DNA of 64,000 nt, from IMG/VR virus record IMGVR_UViG_3300020577_012390, positions 1 to 64,000 of that record; one strand, 5' to 3'. Each line of letters begins with the position of its first letter. The stretch's first letter is position 1. Below are positions 50,488 to 60,134 of this stretch, piece after piece. The DNA comes from a virus (taxonomy: Duplodnaviria; Caudoviricetes). The translations under genes and the position numbers were made by a program. The notes beneath the pieces were generated by a model. The model made no database searches and had not been told where the DNA came from. It worked only from the letters and a program-made list of their open reading frames with translations.

Positions 50488-50623
50488 CGGTGACGCTCTC
50501 TCTCCAGCCCTCAGCGACTTCTCCAAAAATGTCTCTGAGCGCAAGCTGGGGAGAATTGGAACGAGTCATAAGGGTTATGGCTTCCGGATCGACCCCAGCG
50601 GTAGGAAGCCTGAAAAGCGTTGA
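50312..50623 (+). CDS. Hypothetical protein
   Basis: GGAGG RBS, GTG start. Confidence 0.45.
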   Translation: MVPEYRTREEMESHAPEGPRAFMARQEAEYEEMMRQQMKDHEAQVTGQTEASFIRFANNGDALSPALSDFSKNVSERKLGRIGTSHKGYGFRIDPSGRKPEKR

Positions 50624-50699
50624 CGGGTACCTAACCGCCTATCATCCTTTGTGGGTCTGAAACTGCCCCTTCGGGGGCCCCCACACAGGAGAACACCAC

Positions 50700-50927
50700 A
50701 TGGCAGCGGCAGCGGGGCGCGGTGCGCCCGATCTCGAAACCTCGAAGAACGTGATGGCCCGGATGCGCGAGATGGCCAACCGCGGCGAGTCCTTCGCCCG
50801 TGGTCAGCGCGGCTTCGCCCGTCAGATGGCTCGTGGCGCGGCCCGCGGTCTCCGCGGCGCGGGCGACAAGGCGAACGCCGCCCTCGTGCGCGACCTCGCC
50901 GCCGCGACCGGCGCGGGCGGCTCCTTA
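50700..50927 (+). CDS. Small Arg/Ala/Gly-rich basic protein; ends at TTA
   Basis: AGGAGA RBS; TTA 50925-50927 lies in the stem of a C(UUCG)G hairpin (CTTACCC-TTCG-GGTAGG). Confidence 0.55.
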
Positions 50928-51106
50928 CCCTTCGGGTAGGGCGTCGGCGTTCGGTTTTCCTCATCGGCACGTTCCTCTCCTGTAATTCAGTGGGCTAAAA
51001 GCGACACCCCACACGGCTACCGAAACCCACTTGACAACCAAGGGGCCGGGGTATCGCGATTCTCGCGGAGTCGATCTTACGCCGAAGACGGTGTATCCTC
51101 CTGGGA

Positions 51107-51916
51107 ATGGCGACGGTCTTTTTCTCGGGCGGCATCGACTCCACCACGCTCGCTTTTGACGTGGCGAAAAACCCCTGGAGGTACGGCATCTCTCCGAAGA
51201 CGGAGGATTTCCGCCTCCTGACCGCGTACATGGGGAAGGAGAAGCCGGCCCACCTCGGCAGGCTGGCGACGAAGATCCGCGAAGAGGCCGAGTGGACGGA
51301 GTTCGCCGGGTTCTCCCACGAGTTCGTGGACGCCACGAGTCTATTCGATTTTCAAAAGTCGGATATCCCGCATGGGGGCGCGGGGACGATGACTCCCCTG
51401 TCGACGAAGTACCAGCCGGATCTCCAGTCGATCTCCTACGCGCCGGGCCTCCACACCCTGCTGGCCACCGTGGCGTACAACCGCGAATGGTTCGGTAGGA
51501 GTCTGTCCGCCTTCAGCGACCCCCAGGCGTTTTTCGGGTTCCAATACGACGGCCCGATCTGGAACGAGGTGGACAAGGGGACCGTGACGCCGAACGACGT
51601 CTCCCCCGATTATATCGCGGCCCTGAATACCCTGGTGAGGGTGTCCGGACCCCGTCCGGGGGTGCGGTTCCGTGCGCCGTTCCTGGAGAACCGGATGGAT
51701 CGGGTTCATATCCTGGAATTGGCCATCACAATTGGCGTTCCGCTCACCTGGACGAGTTCCTGTGAGCAGGGGTGGATGGTGAACTGCGGGTACTGCGGAC
51801 AGTGCCTCCGGAGGATGAAGGCGAGTTCGTACCTGGAAGACGCCATGAAGACGTTCTTGAAGAAGCTGGAAGACAAGAAAGCGGCGGAGAAAGCCGCGAA
51901 GAAGGGTAAGAAGTTA
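51107..51916 (+). CDS. Divergent QueC-family PP-loop ATPase; ends at TTA
   Basis: FSGGIDSTTLA PP-loop; SSC-x6-CGYCGQC zinc motif; TTA 51914-51916 overlaps the queC ATG. Confidence 0.7.
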
Positions 51917-52584
51917 TGAAGCCGAAATACACTGTGGTCCTCTCCGGGGGACAGGACTCGACCACCTGCCTGTATTGGGCGCTCGACAAGGGCGTCGATG
52001 TTCAGGCCGTGACTTTCCACTACGACCAGCGCCACGACACCGAGGTCGAGGCGGCGAAGCGGATCGCTGCTCACGCGGGGGTCCCCCACACCGTCCTGGA
52101 GGTCCCCGGCCTCGGGGTTGCGGGGAAGGGGTCGTCCCTCACGCGGGACTTGCCGCTGGACCTCGATGGGGGGTTCCAGGGGCTCCCGTCGTCCTTCCTC
52201 CCTGGCCGGAACCTGGTCTTCCTGTCCCTGGCGGCGGCGTTCGCCATCCCCCGGAACTCCTTCTACCTCGTCACCGGGGTCTGCCAGACGGACTACTCGG
52301 GGTATCCGGACTGCCGGCGGTCGACCATCGACGCGATGGAGAAGGCCATCAACCTCGGTAACGATCTTCACGGCTTCAAAATCGATACCCCCTTGATGCA
52401 CCTGACGAAGGCGGAGACGGTCCGCCTCATGAGGGGGTTCGGGAACCAGGCGTGGGAGGCGCTAGGGATGTCGATCACCTGTTACGAGGGGAAGCACCCG
52501 GGGTGCGGCGCGTGCGCGGCGTGCGTGCTGCGAAAAAAAGGTTTTTCGGAAGCTGGACTTGGTGACCCTGCGGAGGACAACTGA
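51916..52584 (+). CDS. queC: 7-cyano-7-deazaguanine synthase
   Basis: LSGGQDSTTCL, YDQRH, PGRNL, YSGYPDCR, TPLM..TKAE, CYEG...CGACAAC. Confidence 0.95.
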   Translation: MKPKYTVVLSGGQDSTTCLYWALDKGVDVQAVTFHYDQRHDTEVEAAKRIAAHAGVPHTVLEVPGLGVAGKGSSLTRDLPLDLDGGFQGLPSSFLPGRNLVFLSLAAAFAIPRNSFYLVTGVCQTDYSGYPDCRRSTIDAMEKAINLGNDLHGFKIDTPLMHLTKAETVRLMRGFGNQAWEALGMSITCYEGKHPGCGACAACVLRKKGFSEAGLGDPAEDN

Positions 52585-52586
52585 TT

Positions 52587-53168
52587 ATGAAAAGCTACGA
52601 ATCTCTTACGTTCAAGGGTGAGAAGGAAGTCAACGGCCCGGAGGGGTCTTTCGTCATCGTCGAGGGCGAGGACGGCAAGAAGTACAAGATGGTGAGGGAG
52701 GCGCTTCAGTCTCTCGTCGAGGAGACTCAGCCCACGAAACCCCACGGGGCGCGCGGGCTCGACACCTTTCCGGCTCCCTCGAACATGCAGGTGATCGATT
52801 TTCACCTCCCCGAATTCACCTGTCTCTGCCCCAAGACCGGGCAGCCTGACTTCGCGAGTTTCAAGCTCCGCTACATCCCCGACGAGAAGGCGGTCGAGTC
52901 GAAGTCGCTGAAGCTGTACCTCTGGTCGTTCCGCGACAAGGGCTGCTTCCACGAGAAGGTGACGGAGACGATCTACCAGGACCTCCTGACCGCGCTCGCC
53001 CCTCGATGGTTGCAGCTCATCGGGGAGTTCAACGTCCGGGGCGGCATCTACGAGAAGGTGGCGCGGGAGTGGCTGTCCACCGAGCTTCTTTTCGCGGGGT
53101 CGAATGGGCACTCGACCAATTCGCGGACACTCGAACGCCTCGTCGCGAGCTACCGTATCCAGTTTTTA
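52587..53168 (+). CDS. queF: PreQ0 reductase (unimodular QueF); ends at TTA
   Basis: EFTCLCPKTGQPDFA, QueF signature ESKSLKLY, FHE, FNVRGGI; TTA 53166-53168 followed by GGGGAG RBS and the terminase ATG. Confidence 0.9.
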
Positions 53169-53183
53169 GGGGAGCGAAAAACA

Positions 53184-55016
53184 ATGACGATGCCAGCACT
53201 GAGTCCGGCGCCTGAAGAGGTCTTGGAAGGGGAAGGCGCCTGCGATCTGACGAACGAAGAGGTCGCGGACAAGGTGCTGGCCTTCGCGGAAATCTTCTCC
53301 GCGATCAAGCTCTATACCTATCAAAGGCTTTTCGCGTTCCGAATTGTGATGTCTGTGCTCGACAACGACGGCGCCATCATCACCGGACTCTGGGCGCGTC
53401 AGTGCGGGAAGACGGAGACGGTCGCCGCCCTTGCGTTGGCGATGGCTGTCCTCCTCCCCTCCCTGGCGAAGGCGTTTCCGGGGGATTCGAGGTTCCGCCG
53501 CTTCTATAAGGGATTTCTGATCGGGATTTACGCTCCGATTGAGAAGCAGTCCCTCCTCTCGTTCGACCGTATGCGGAAGACCGTCAACCGGCCCACTTCG
53601 GACGATGGGATGGTCCCTGGGGCCAAGGAGATCATGGAAGATCCGGAGCTTGATATCCGGGTTATCTCCTCTCGCGGCGACACGCTCTCGTTCTCGAACG
53701 GGTCGGTCATCATCGCCCGAACGGCGTCCCCCCAGAGCCAGATCGAGGGCGAAACCCACCACATTGTCATTTGTGAAGAGGCTCAAAAACTCTTGCGCTC
53801 GAAGGTCGAAAAGGAAATTCGACCGATGTTGGCCTCGACGAACGGGACGATGGTGAAGATCGGGACCGCCTGGGAATCCCGCGGAGGGTTCCACCAGTCG
53901 ATCCAGCAGAACGTGGATATCCAGAAGACCCTGGGAATCCGCAACCACTTCGAGTTCCCGTACGATATTGTATGCGCTGAAAAACAGCGTTGTTACAACG
54001 AAGAGGCGAAAGCCTACAAGGCGAACCCGGCGGAGAACCCGGCGCCCAACCCGTTCCACCTGAACTACCGCAAGTTCGTGGACAGCGAGATCACCCGCCT
54101 GGGCGGACCCGGGATCGGGACCGAGACGCTGGAGTTCAAGATGAACTTCCGGTGCCTCTGGAACGAGTCCCGGGTCATCGCCATCACCCCCGACGTTCTG
54201 CGGTCGATGGAGGCGAACGACGTCGAGGCTGGGCCGAGGATCGGCGGGTTCATGGTGGCGGGCCTGGATATCGCGAAGACCAGCGACCGGACGGTTCTAA
54301 CGCTTATGGAGGTGGATAAATCCACTCCGCACTTGAACCGGAACTATCTCCCTGGAGCTGACGAAGATAAACAGCTCTATTACTCTAAGACCATCACCGA
54401 TTGGGTGGAGCTGCAAGGGACGTTCGAGGGGAACTCTGGGCAGTATGCGACCCTCTTGAATTACCTTCGCCAGGTGACGATCCAGGTCCTCGTGGTGGAC
54501 ATCACCGGCATGGGCGATCCTGTGTTCGAGCGCATACAGGAGATGGTCGGGGGTGATATCACCTGCGTCCCCTTCCGCTTCTCGAACGCGGCGGTGAAAA
54601 GTCAGCTCTACAAATACTATATGCAGGAGATCCACGCGGGTCGTCTGCGGTTCGCGAATGGGCCGAACACCCGTGCGACCAGGTACGAGCACGCCCGATT
54701 CGTGAAGGAACACCTCGACCTGGACCGGCAGCTCCACGCGGGTTCCGTCGTGTATTTGGCTCCGGAGGGGGAACACGACGATTACCCAGACAGCGCGGCC
54801 CTTGCCTGCTGGGGAGAGAAGGTGTCAGAATCCTCCTCGATGCCTGTTATCCAGAGTTCGTCGGCGCCCCAGGGATGGGGCGGCGCTTCCCGCCGCACGG
54901 CGAGGAGCGGCGACGTATTCTCGTCCTCGTCTTCGATGCCCACCGTCGAGGTCTCAGGGGGCGCGGGTCCGTTGCCGTCTTCTTCGCGTGCCGCTCGGTA
55001 CGCGAGGCGATGGTAA
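53184..55016 (+). CDS. terL: Terminase large subunit
   Basis: ARQCGKT Walker A, ICEEAQ Walker B, KIGT, RNase-H-like GLDIAKTSD...VDITGMGD...HDDYPDS. Confidence 0.9.
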   Translation: MTMPALSPAPEEVLEGEGACDLTNEEVADKVLAFAEIFSAIKLYTYQRLFAFRIVMSVLDNDGAIITGLWARQCGKTETVAALALAMAVLLPSLAKAFPGDSRFRRFYKGFLIGIYAPIEKQSLLSFDRMRKTVNRPTSDDGMVPGAKEIMEDPELDIRVISSRGDTLSFSNGSVIIARTASPQSQIEGETHHIVICEEAQKLLRSKVEKEIRPMLASTNGTMVKIGTAWESRGGFHQSIQQNVDIQKTLGIRNHFEFPYDIVCAEKQRCYNEEAKAYKANPAENPAPNPFHLNYRKFVDSEITRLGGPGIGTETLEFKMNFRCLWNESRVIAITPDVLRSMEANDVEAGPRIGGFMVAGLDIAKTSDRTVLTLMEVDKSTPHLNRNYLPGADEDKQLYYSKTITDWVELQGTFEGNSGQYATLLNYLRQVTIQVLVVDITGMGDPVFERIQEMVGGDITCVPFRFSNAAVKSQLYKYYMQEIHAGRLRFANGPNTRATRYEHARFVKEHLDLDRQLHAGSVVYLAPEGEHDDYPDSAALACWGEKVSESSSMPVIQSSSAPQGWGGASRRTARSGDVFSSSSSMPTVEVSGGAGPLPSSSRAARYARRW

Positions 55017-55082
55017 ACAGCTTTTCAACGGACCAAAAACGTTTCTGATTAGCTCCCCAGAAAGGAGCTACTGGAGAACTCC

Positions 55083-55532
55083 ATGCGCGACACCGTGACC
55101 CTGAAGCAGTTCCACACCCCCTTCAACAGCGCGTCGATCCGGAAGCTGCTTGGTCAGCTCTTCCGCGCGTCGTCCGAGCAGGAGACGGCCGCCTCCGGTT
55201 CCCTGGCGATCATGGCGGGTGGCATCGCGCGTCACAAGGGGACGGTCCAGGACATCTGGCTCGTTTCCGGCGCGGCGTGCGCGGCCGGCGAGTCGATGAC
55301 TTTTGACGTCCTGAAAAACGGCACGTCGATCCTCATCGGGGTCTACACCCTGGACTCGACGAAGCCCAACAAGGAGCCGATCTCCCTTCTGTCCCTCCTC
55401 GACCCGACGAAGGCCGACATCACCTGGGGCGACAAGCTGGAGGTCACCCGCGTCTATACCGCGGGCGGCGGCCCCACCCCCCTGGTGAACACCCGTCTCG
55501 ACGTCGAGTGGGCGCCGAACCAGGACAGTTTA
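55083..55532 (+). CDS. Putative virion protein; ends at TTA
   Basis: GGAGA RBS; beta-rich; TTA 55530-55532. Confidence 0.55.
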
Positions 55533-55567
55533 TCGGAGCCTGATAATCGGTAAAGAAGGAGTCCAAG

Positions 55568-55792
55568 ATGGCAGATCCAGCGAACCCCGGAACCCAGCCC
55601 CAAGGGAACACCCTCTGGGGTCTGATCCGGGTTGGCGGTAACAGCAGCCAATTCTCGTTCCCCCGGGAGCAGATGTCCCTCGCGGACTCCTTCGCCCAGG
55701 GTGTCGGGAAGGCCCACAACGGGGTCCAGTACGCGCATTTCGACATGCGAAATTACGCGCGGACCGCCGGAACCCCCAGCGGGAGGAAGTTA
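55568..55792 (+). CDS. Small hypothetical protein; ends at TTA
   Basis: AGGAG RBS; TTA 55790-55792 lies 2 nt before the next GTG. Confidence 0.55.
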
Positions 55793-55794
55793 CC

Positions 55795-56253
55795 GTGTTT
55801 CGGGTACGCTATTACGATAAGGTATTTCACCCTGACGAGTTCAAGGGTGGCCTCGGATGGTGTATCCGCGCGGTGAATTGGGTCCGCTGGAGAGTCGAAG
55901 TGGTCGTCCAGTACCTCGTGCTCCGGTACCTGGCGGGTCAGGACAAGACCTTGCCGAAGACCGAAGTGAGCAAGCTCCTCCAGTCGTTCAGGCGCGACGT
56001 TCGGATCGAGACGCTCCAAAGGGAGACCACCTCACCCCTCCTGGCGCCCCCAAACGAACCTGTTTTTCAGGGCGGTAAAATCGCTCCGTCGGTCATCGCG
56101 GAGCCTCTTCCCGTGGACAGCGGAAGGCCGTCACCCATCCTCGGTCTCGTCGAGAGGTACGGCCATGGGTCCAGGTCGAAGCGATACTCCCGAGGCCGCA
56201 ACTTCTCAGTCGGTAACCCGGATGGGGATTTTGAGCCGGTCGATAAACAATGA
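55795..56253 (+). CDS. Hypothetical protein
   Basis: GGAGG RBS. Confidence 0.5.
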   Translation: MFRVRYYDKVFHPDEFKGGLGWCIRAVNWVRWRVEVVVQYLVLRYLAGQDKTLPKTEVSKLLQSFRRDVRIETLQRETTSPLLAPPNEPVFQGGKIAPSVIAEPLPVDSGRPSPILGLVERYGHGSRSKRYSRGRNFSVGNPDGDFEPVDKQ

Positions 56254-56534
56254 ACTCGAACGACGTCACAGGTATCGGCACATGGGCCCTCGAACACGGT
56301 GTTTCGGGAGTTCTATTTGTCTCTAACGCGCTCTGGGTCTACCTCTATCTGCGCGAGCGCGGCATCACGAATAAGACATTTCAAGAGCTTCAAAAGAGCC
56401 AGAAAGAGCGTCTCTCCGCTGAGCAGGCGAACTCCGCCGCTCTTCTTCGCGTCCACGGGGAGGTCGGGAAGACGGTCGCTACGCTGGGGAAGATGGTCGA
56501 TTTTCTCGACAAGAACGTTGAGAGGTTCACATGA
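56250..56534 (+). CDS. Single-pass membrane protein, holin-like
   Basis: N-terminal TM (GVSGVLFVSNALWVYLYL) followed by a coiled-coil. Confidence 0.5.
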   Translation: MNSNDVTGIGTWALEHGVSGVLFVSNALWVYLYLRERGITNKTFQELQKSQKERLSAEQANSAALLRVHGEVGKTVATLGKMVDFLDKNVERFT

Positions 56535-56803
56535 GCTTGACCATGACCAGGCCGGCTCTCCTATCGCGGGAGGAAGTCAAGGGCACAAAAACTCTCCGCG
56601 AAGCAGACCAGGAGGCGGTAGCCATGGAACGGAGCGCGCGACAGCGCCTCGAAGAGGTCTCGGGTAAGGCGATCCGAGACAAGGCCCGGGGGATCATCAA
56701 GAAGATCGACCCGGAGTTCGAGGACGAACACGCTACCTCCCCGGATATGCAAATCTCCGAGGTGGTGGTCCGGAAGGATGAGAGGAAGAATGGCCCTCCT
56801 TGA
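56531..56803 (+). CDS. Small hypothetical protein
   Basis: ATGA-coupled. Confidence 0.5.
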   Translation: MSLTMTRPALLSREEVKGTKTLREADQEAVAMERSARQRLEEVSGKAIRDKARGIIKKIDPEFEDEHATSPDMQISEVVVRKDERKNGPP

Positions 56804-57068
56804 AGGAATTCAAGACCCGACTCTCCGTAAGCTCGTCGATGCCCTGAAGGACTCGACGCTTCTACCGGATGATTCCGTCCCGGCCGGGTTCCTCGATGGG
56901 GGTTCCCGGCTGACGACCATTTCGGCGGACGAGGTCGAGATCCGCATCCACGTCCTCCCCGGCGGGGTAGCGGCTAGGATCTCTATCGAGCCCAGGGGTT
57001 CCACCAAGGGTGTGAAGGGTATTCAAGGCTTGATAAACCTCTCTGTTCTCTCAACGAAACTGGTGTGA
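56790..57068 (+). CDS. Small hypothetical protein
   Basis: GAGG RBS. Confidence 0.5.
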   Translation: MALLEGIQDPTLRKLVDALKDSTLLPDDSVPAGFLDGGSRLTTISADEVEIRIHVLPGGVAARISIEPRGSTKGVKGIQGLINLSVLSTKLV

Positions 57069-57069
57069 C

Positions 57070-57357
57070 ATGCCCGCAGCGACCTTCGCAGGAACCATCG
57101 ACGAGAAAACGGTACCCACCTCGACCGCTGAGGCGATCTACACCGGAGGCGGAGGGATCACCGCGACCGATGGCGTTCTCGTGCAAGCCCCTTCGGGGAA
57201 CACGGCCTCGATCTACGTTGGTCCCTCGGGGGTGACCATCCAGAACGGCATCGAGATCACCCCCGGAGCGGCGATCTTCTTGCCGATCACAAATCCAGCC
57301 GCGATTTACGTCATATCGGTGTCCGGAAGCCAGAAGGCGAGGGCGGTGGCCATATGA
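57070..57357 (+). CDS. Small beta-rich putative virion protein
   Basis: VLVQAPSGNTASIYVG; paralogue of 60615-60893. Confidence 0.6.
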   Translation: MPAATFAGTIDEKTVPTSTAEAIYTGGGGITATDGVLVQAPSGNTASIYVGPSGVTIQNGIEITPGAAIFLPITNPAAIYVISVSGSQKARAVAI

Positions 57358-57875
57358 TCGTCTTCTATCCGAAACCGATCCCCGGCCGCCCTGGACCTCG
57401 GGGAGATTCGGTGGTGGTCCCTGGAGGCCCGCCCGGTACCCCCGGAACCAACCTGGTCCCCTTCCGCCTGGTCTACCCGGCGAGCGCCATCGTCGTCGTG
57501 GACGGGCTCTCGGGGTTCACCCGGGTCGGGGCGATCCCCTTCGACCCTTCGGTGCTCTATCAAGGAGCAACCGTTGTTCGGCGTCTGAAATTCCAAACGG
57601 CAGCCGAGGTGACGTTTGGGGTGACGGCGGAGATCACGCTCTACGATCCTGCGGCGGGGGCATACATCGCGGGAAGCACCGTCACGGTGACCTCGACTAC
57701 CCCGGTCGTGCAAGAGACGTCGGAACTTGTCCCTGGCGGAGCCTCTACGTCGGTCAAACTCTCCGCAAAAATCTACGAAGTCCACGCGCGAATTACGGTT
57801 CCGGGGAGCCCTGTCCCTGGGGATCTCGTGCGGGTCTTTAGCCACAACATCATCGCGGATTTCACCGCTTCATTA
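57354..57875 (+). CDS. Putative virion protein with GPRG/GPPG repeats; ends at TTA
   Basis: TTA 57873-57875 followed by GAAGGA RBS. Confidence 0.55.
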
Positions 57876-57888
57876 GAAGGATAAAGAG

Positions 57889-59073
57889 ATGGCCGGGACT
57901 CCTCATGGTTACGTGGATGGCGGTGGTACGAGCCAGGAGAACTGGAAGCACGACCACGACTTGTTCACCAGGCTCTACAAGTTCTTCTCCACCTCCTCAC
58001 GCCACGCGGTCATCGCCTACAACAAGGGTCTGACCGGCGGTAACGTCGCGGCGGCGACGCCGGGGACCGACTTCTGGGATGGAGCGAACCCCTTCGGGAG
58101 GCAAGCATGGTTTTTGGTGCGTTTCACAAACGCTGCCAAGGTGTTTTACATCCTCTTCGAGTATTACGACGGCTCCTTGGTGACCGCGCAGTACGGAGGG
58201 GTTATCAGGGGCTCGACCTTTGTAACCTCCTCCGGTGTCGCGTTCCAGTGCGTTGCGGCTCTCGATTCCGGGGGCGTGGCGGCGAACCCTTTCCAGGGCA
58301 CCATGGTCAACACCGGGTCGGACACCCGGCCGACTGGTGTGTGGTGGGCTCCCCCTGGTGGCGGGAAGCTGTTCATGACCCCGAGGTCGAACGCCCTTGG
58401 CGGGACCTGGGCGACGAACAAGAACAACATGCGGTTCCTGCCGCAGAACTCTTCTCCGACCTCCGTGGCGGTGAACCGCTGGTCCTTCGGGGCGACCGAC
58501 GACGCCTTCTGGATGACTTACGACGCGGGCGACAACGGCCTCGACCACTTCACCTACATGGGCCTGTACGCCCCGAGGTCCGACGTCACGAGCGACATGC
58601 CACTCTGTATGGTGTCGGAGTATAACGCGAGTGACGCCTTCAATTTCAACGGGATGTCCAACGCCAGTCCCACGATCTTCGGAGGCGCCACCACGGGGGA
58701 CCCCTATGACGATGGCGGGGTTCACGGCTCGACACCGATGGTGGGCGCGTCTTCGAGCCTGGTCTACGACTGCGTCGTAGGCGGGAACCTCATGCCGTTT
58801 GTCACGAACGCGAATCTCCTCCAGAACAAGGCGCTAGCCGTCCCCTCGAACGAAGAATGGCCGATCTTCATCGGGGCGTACGAGTCTTCGGCGGCCTTCG
58901 GGATGTTGGGGTACCTCGAACAGGTCCGCATCGTGACCGGGGTGAACAACAAGGATACGAACCAGGGAAAAACGCGAGCCTACTTCATGGGGGCGGGTCC
59001 TCACGCGCACGCGATCCCCTGGGATGGGGTGACCACCCCCGGGACCTCGGTGGGCCGCGGCGTGGCGTTCTGA
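57889..59073 (+). CDS. Putative virion structural protein (G/N/T-rich)
   Basis: Composition and position between terminase and portal. Confidence 0.55.
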   Translation: MAGTPHGYVDGGGTSQENWKHDHDLFTRLYKFFSTSSRHAVIAYNKGLTGGNVAAATPGTDFWDGANPFGRQAWFLVRFTNAAKVFYILFEYYDGSLVTAQYGGVIRGSTFVTSSGVAFQCVAALDSGGVAANPFQGTMVNTGSDTRPTGVWWAPPGGGKLFMTPRSNALGGTWATNKNNMRFLPQNSSPTSVAVNRWSFGATDDAFWMTYDAGDNGLDHFTYMGLYAPRSDVTSDMPLCMVSEYNASDAFNFNGMSNASPTIFGGATTGDPYDDGGVHGSTPMVGASSSLVYDCVVGGNLMPFVTNANLLQNKALAVPSNEEWPIFIGAYESSAAFGMLGYLEQVRIVTGVNNKDTNQGKTRAYFMGAGPHAHAIPWDGVTTPGTSVGRGVAF

Positions 59074-59083
59074 GAGGTTTATC

Positions 59084-59359
59084 ATGGCCCTAAAAGACGT
59101 AAACCAGATCCCTATCGGGGCCTTCCCTCAACCGGCCCTTTCGGTCGTTCGTCTTCGGGCGGTCCCCGTGGCGACCTCTCCTGCGCAGCCCTCAATCCCA
59201 ACCCCGGCCACCTACAAGATGAGGGGTCGTGATGTTGATTGTGGAACGCTGACTTACCGTTACTGGACCGCTACCGGGTCCCCCGACTATACGGGCGCTC
59301 AGTACGCGGGCGCGAAGTGCGGCGCGAGCCCCCTCGCGGACATAATTCGGATCACTTTA
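59084..59359 (+). CDS. Small hypothetical protein; ends at TTA
   Basis: GAGG RBS; TTA 59357-59359 then an A-rich spacer. Confidence 0.5.
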
Positions 59360-59388
59360 GAAACGCTCAAAAACGAAAGAGAACCACG

Positions 59389-60108
59389 ATGGCGAACCTG
59401 TTCCACACCAGCATGAGCGCGAAGGCGGCGACCTTCTTCTCCACGCTCTTCCAGATGATCGGAGTTTCGACCGCCGATATGTCCAGGTCCAAGGGGGTGG
59501 GGGTCACCCTGAAGTGCCTGGACGGCGACGCGATCACCGCAGAGATTCAGCCCCTCGACCAGGGGAACATGATCCGCAAGCTCGTCGAGTCCGGGTCCCT
59601 GGTGGTCCCCTCGGGCGGGGCTGCCGATCTCGATGGCGACGTCGGGACCGCAACCCTGGTGGCCTCGACGGTGGACGTCACGGTCCCCGGGGGAGTCCCC
59701 GTGGGGTCGCTGGTCTACGCGATTGCGACCACCCCGGCGGGGGTCCAGAAGCCCCTCGCGGCGGTCCGTAAATCGGCCACCGAAATCACGATCTCCTCCG
59801 CGGGGTCCGGGTTCGGTGCCCTGCTGGACAGCGCGGGGGTGAGCGGGGCCCTGACGGCGGGGGTGAACGCGGCGATTGCCCTGGAGAACGTTGCTGGGGA
59901 CCTCCTCGCGGTGAAGGAGACCGCGGCGGCGGGTTCGGCTGCCGACCACTTCTCGGTCGTCCGGGTCGACAACAGCAACGTGAAAGTTCAGGCGCACAAC
60001 TCCGCGGGCGCCCTCGTCGCGGGGAACACCTCGACGGTCAAGGTTTACAACCTCGGCCAGGCCGGTCACGATACCTCCCTGGTCCGTTGGGCGGTCGTCC
60101 GCCCCTTA
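59389..60108 (+). CDS. Putative virion decoration protein; ends at TTA
   Basis: C-terminal VRVDNSNV...NTSTVKVYNL shared with next gene; TTA 60106-60108. Confidence 0.55.
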
Positions 60109-60134
60109 TTCGGTTTTTAGAAAGGCCAAAAACG

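Noticed and set aside
52587-55016. Novel QueF-terminase, hypothetical-QueD and hypothetical-GH25 fusion proteins as annotated in the ORF track
   Set aside because: Each junction has an in-frame TTA followed within 3-36 nt by an ATG (with a clear GGGGAG RBS for terL); better explained as separate genes
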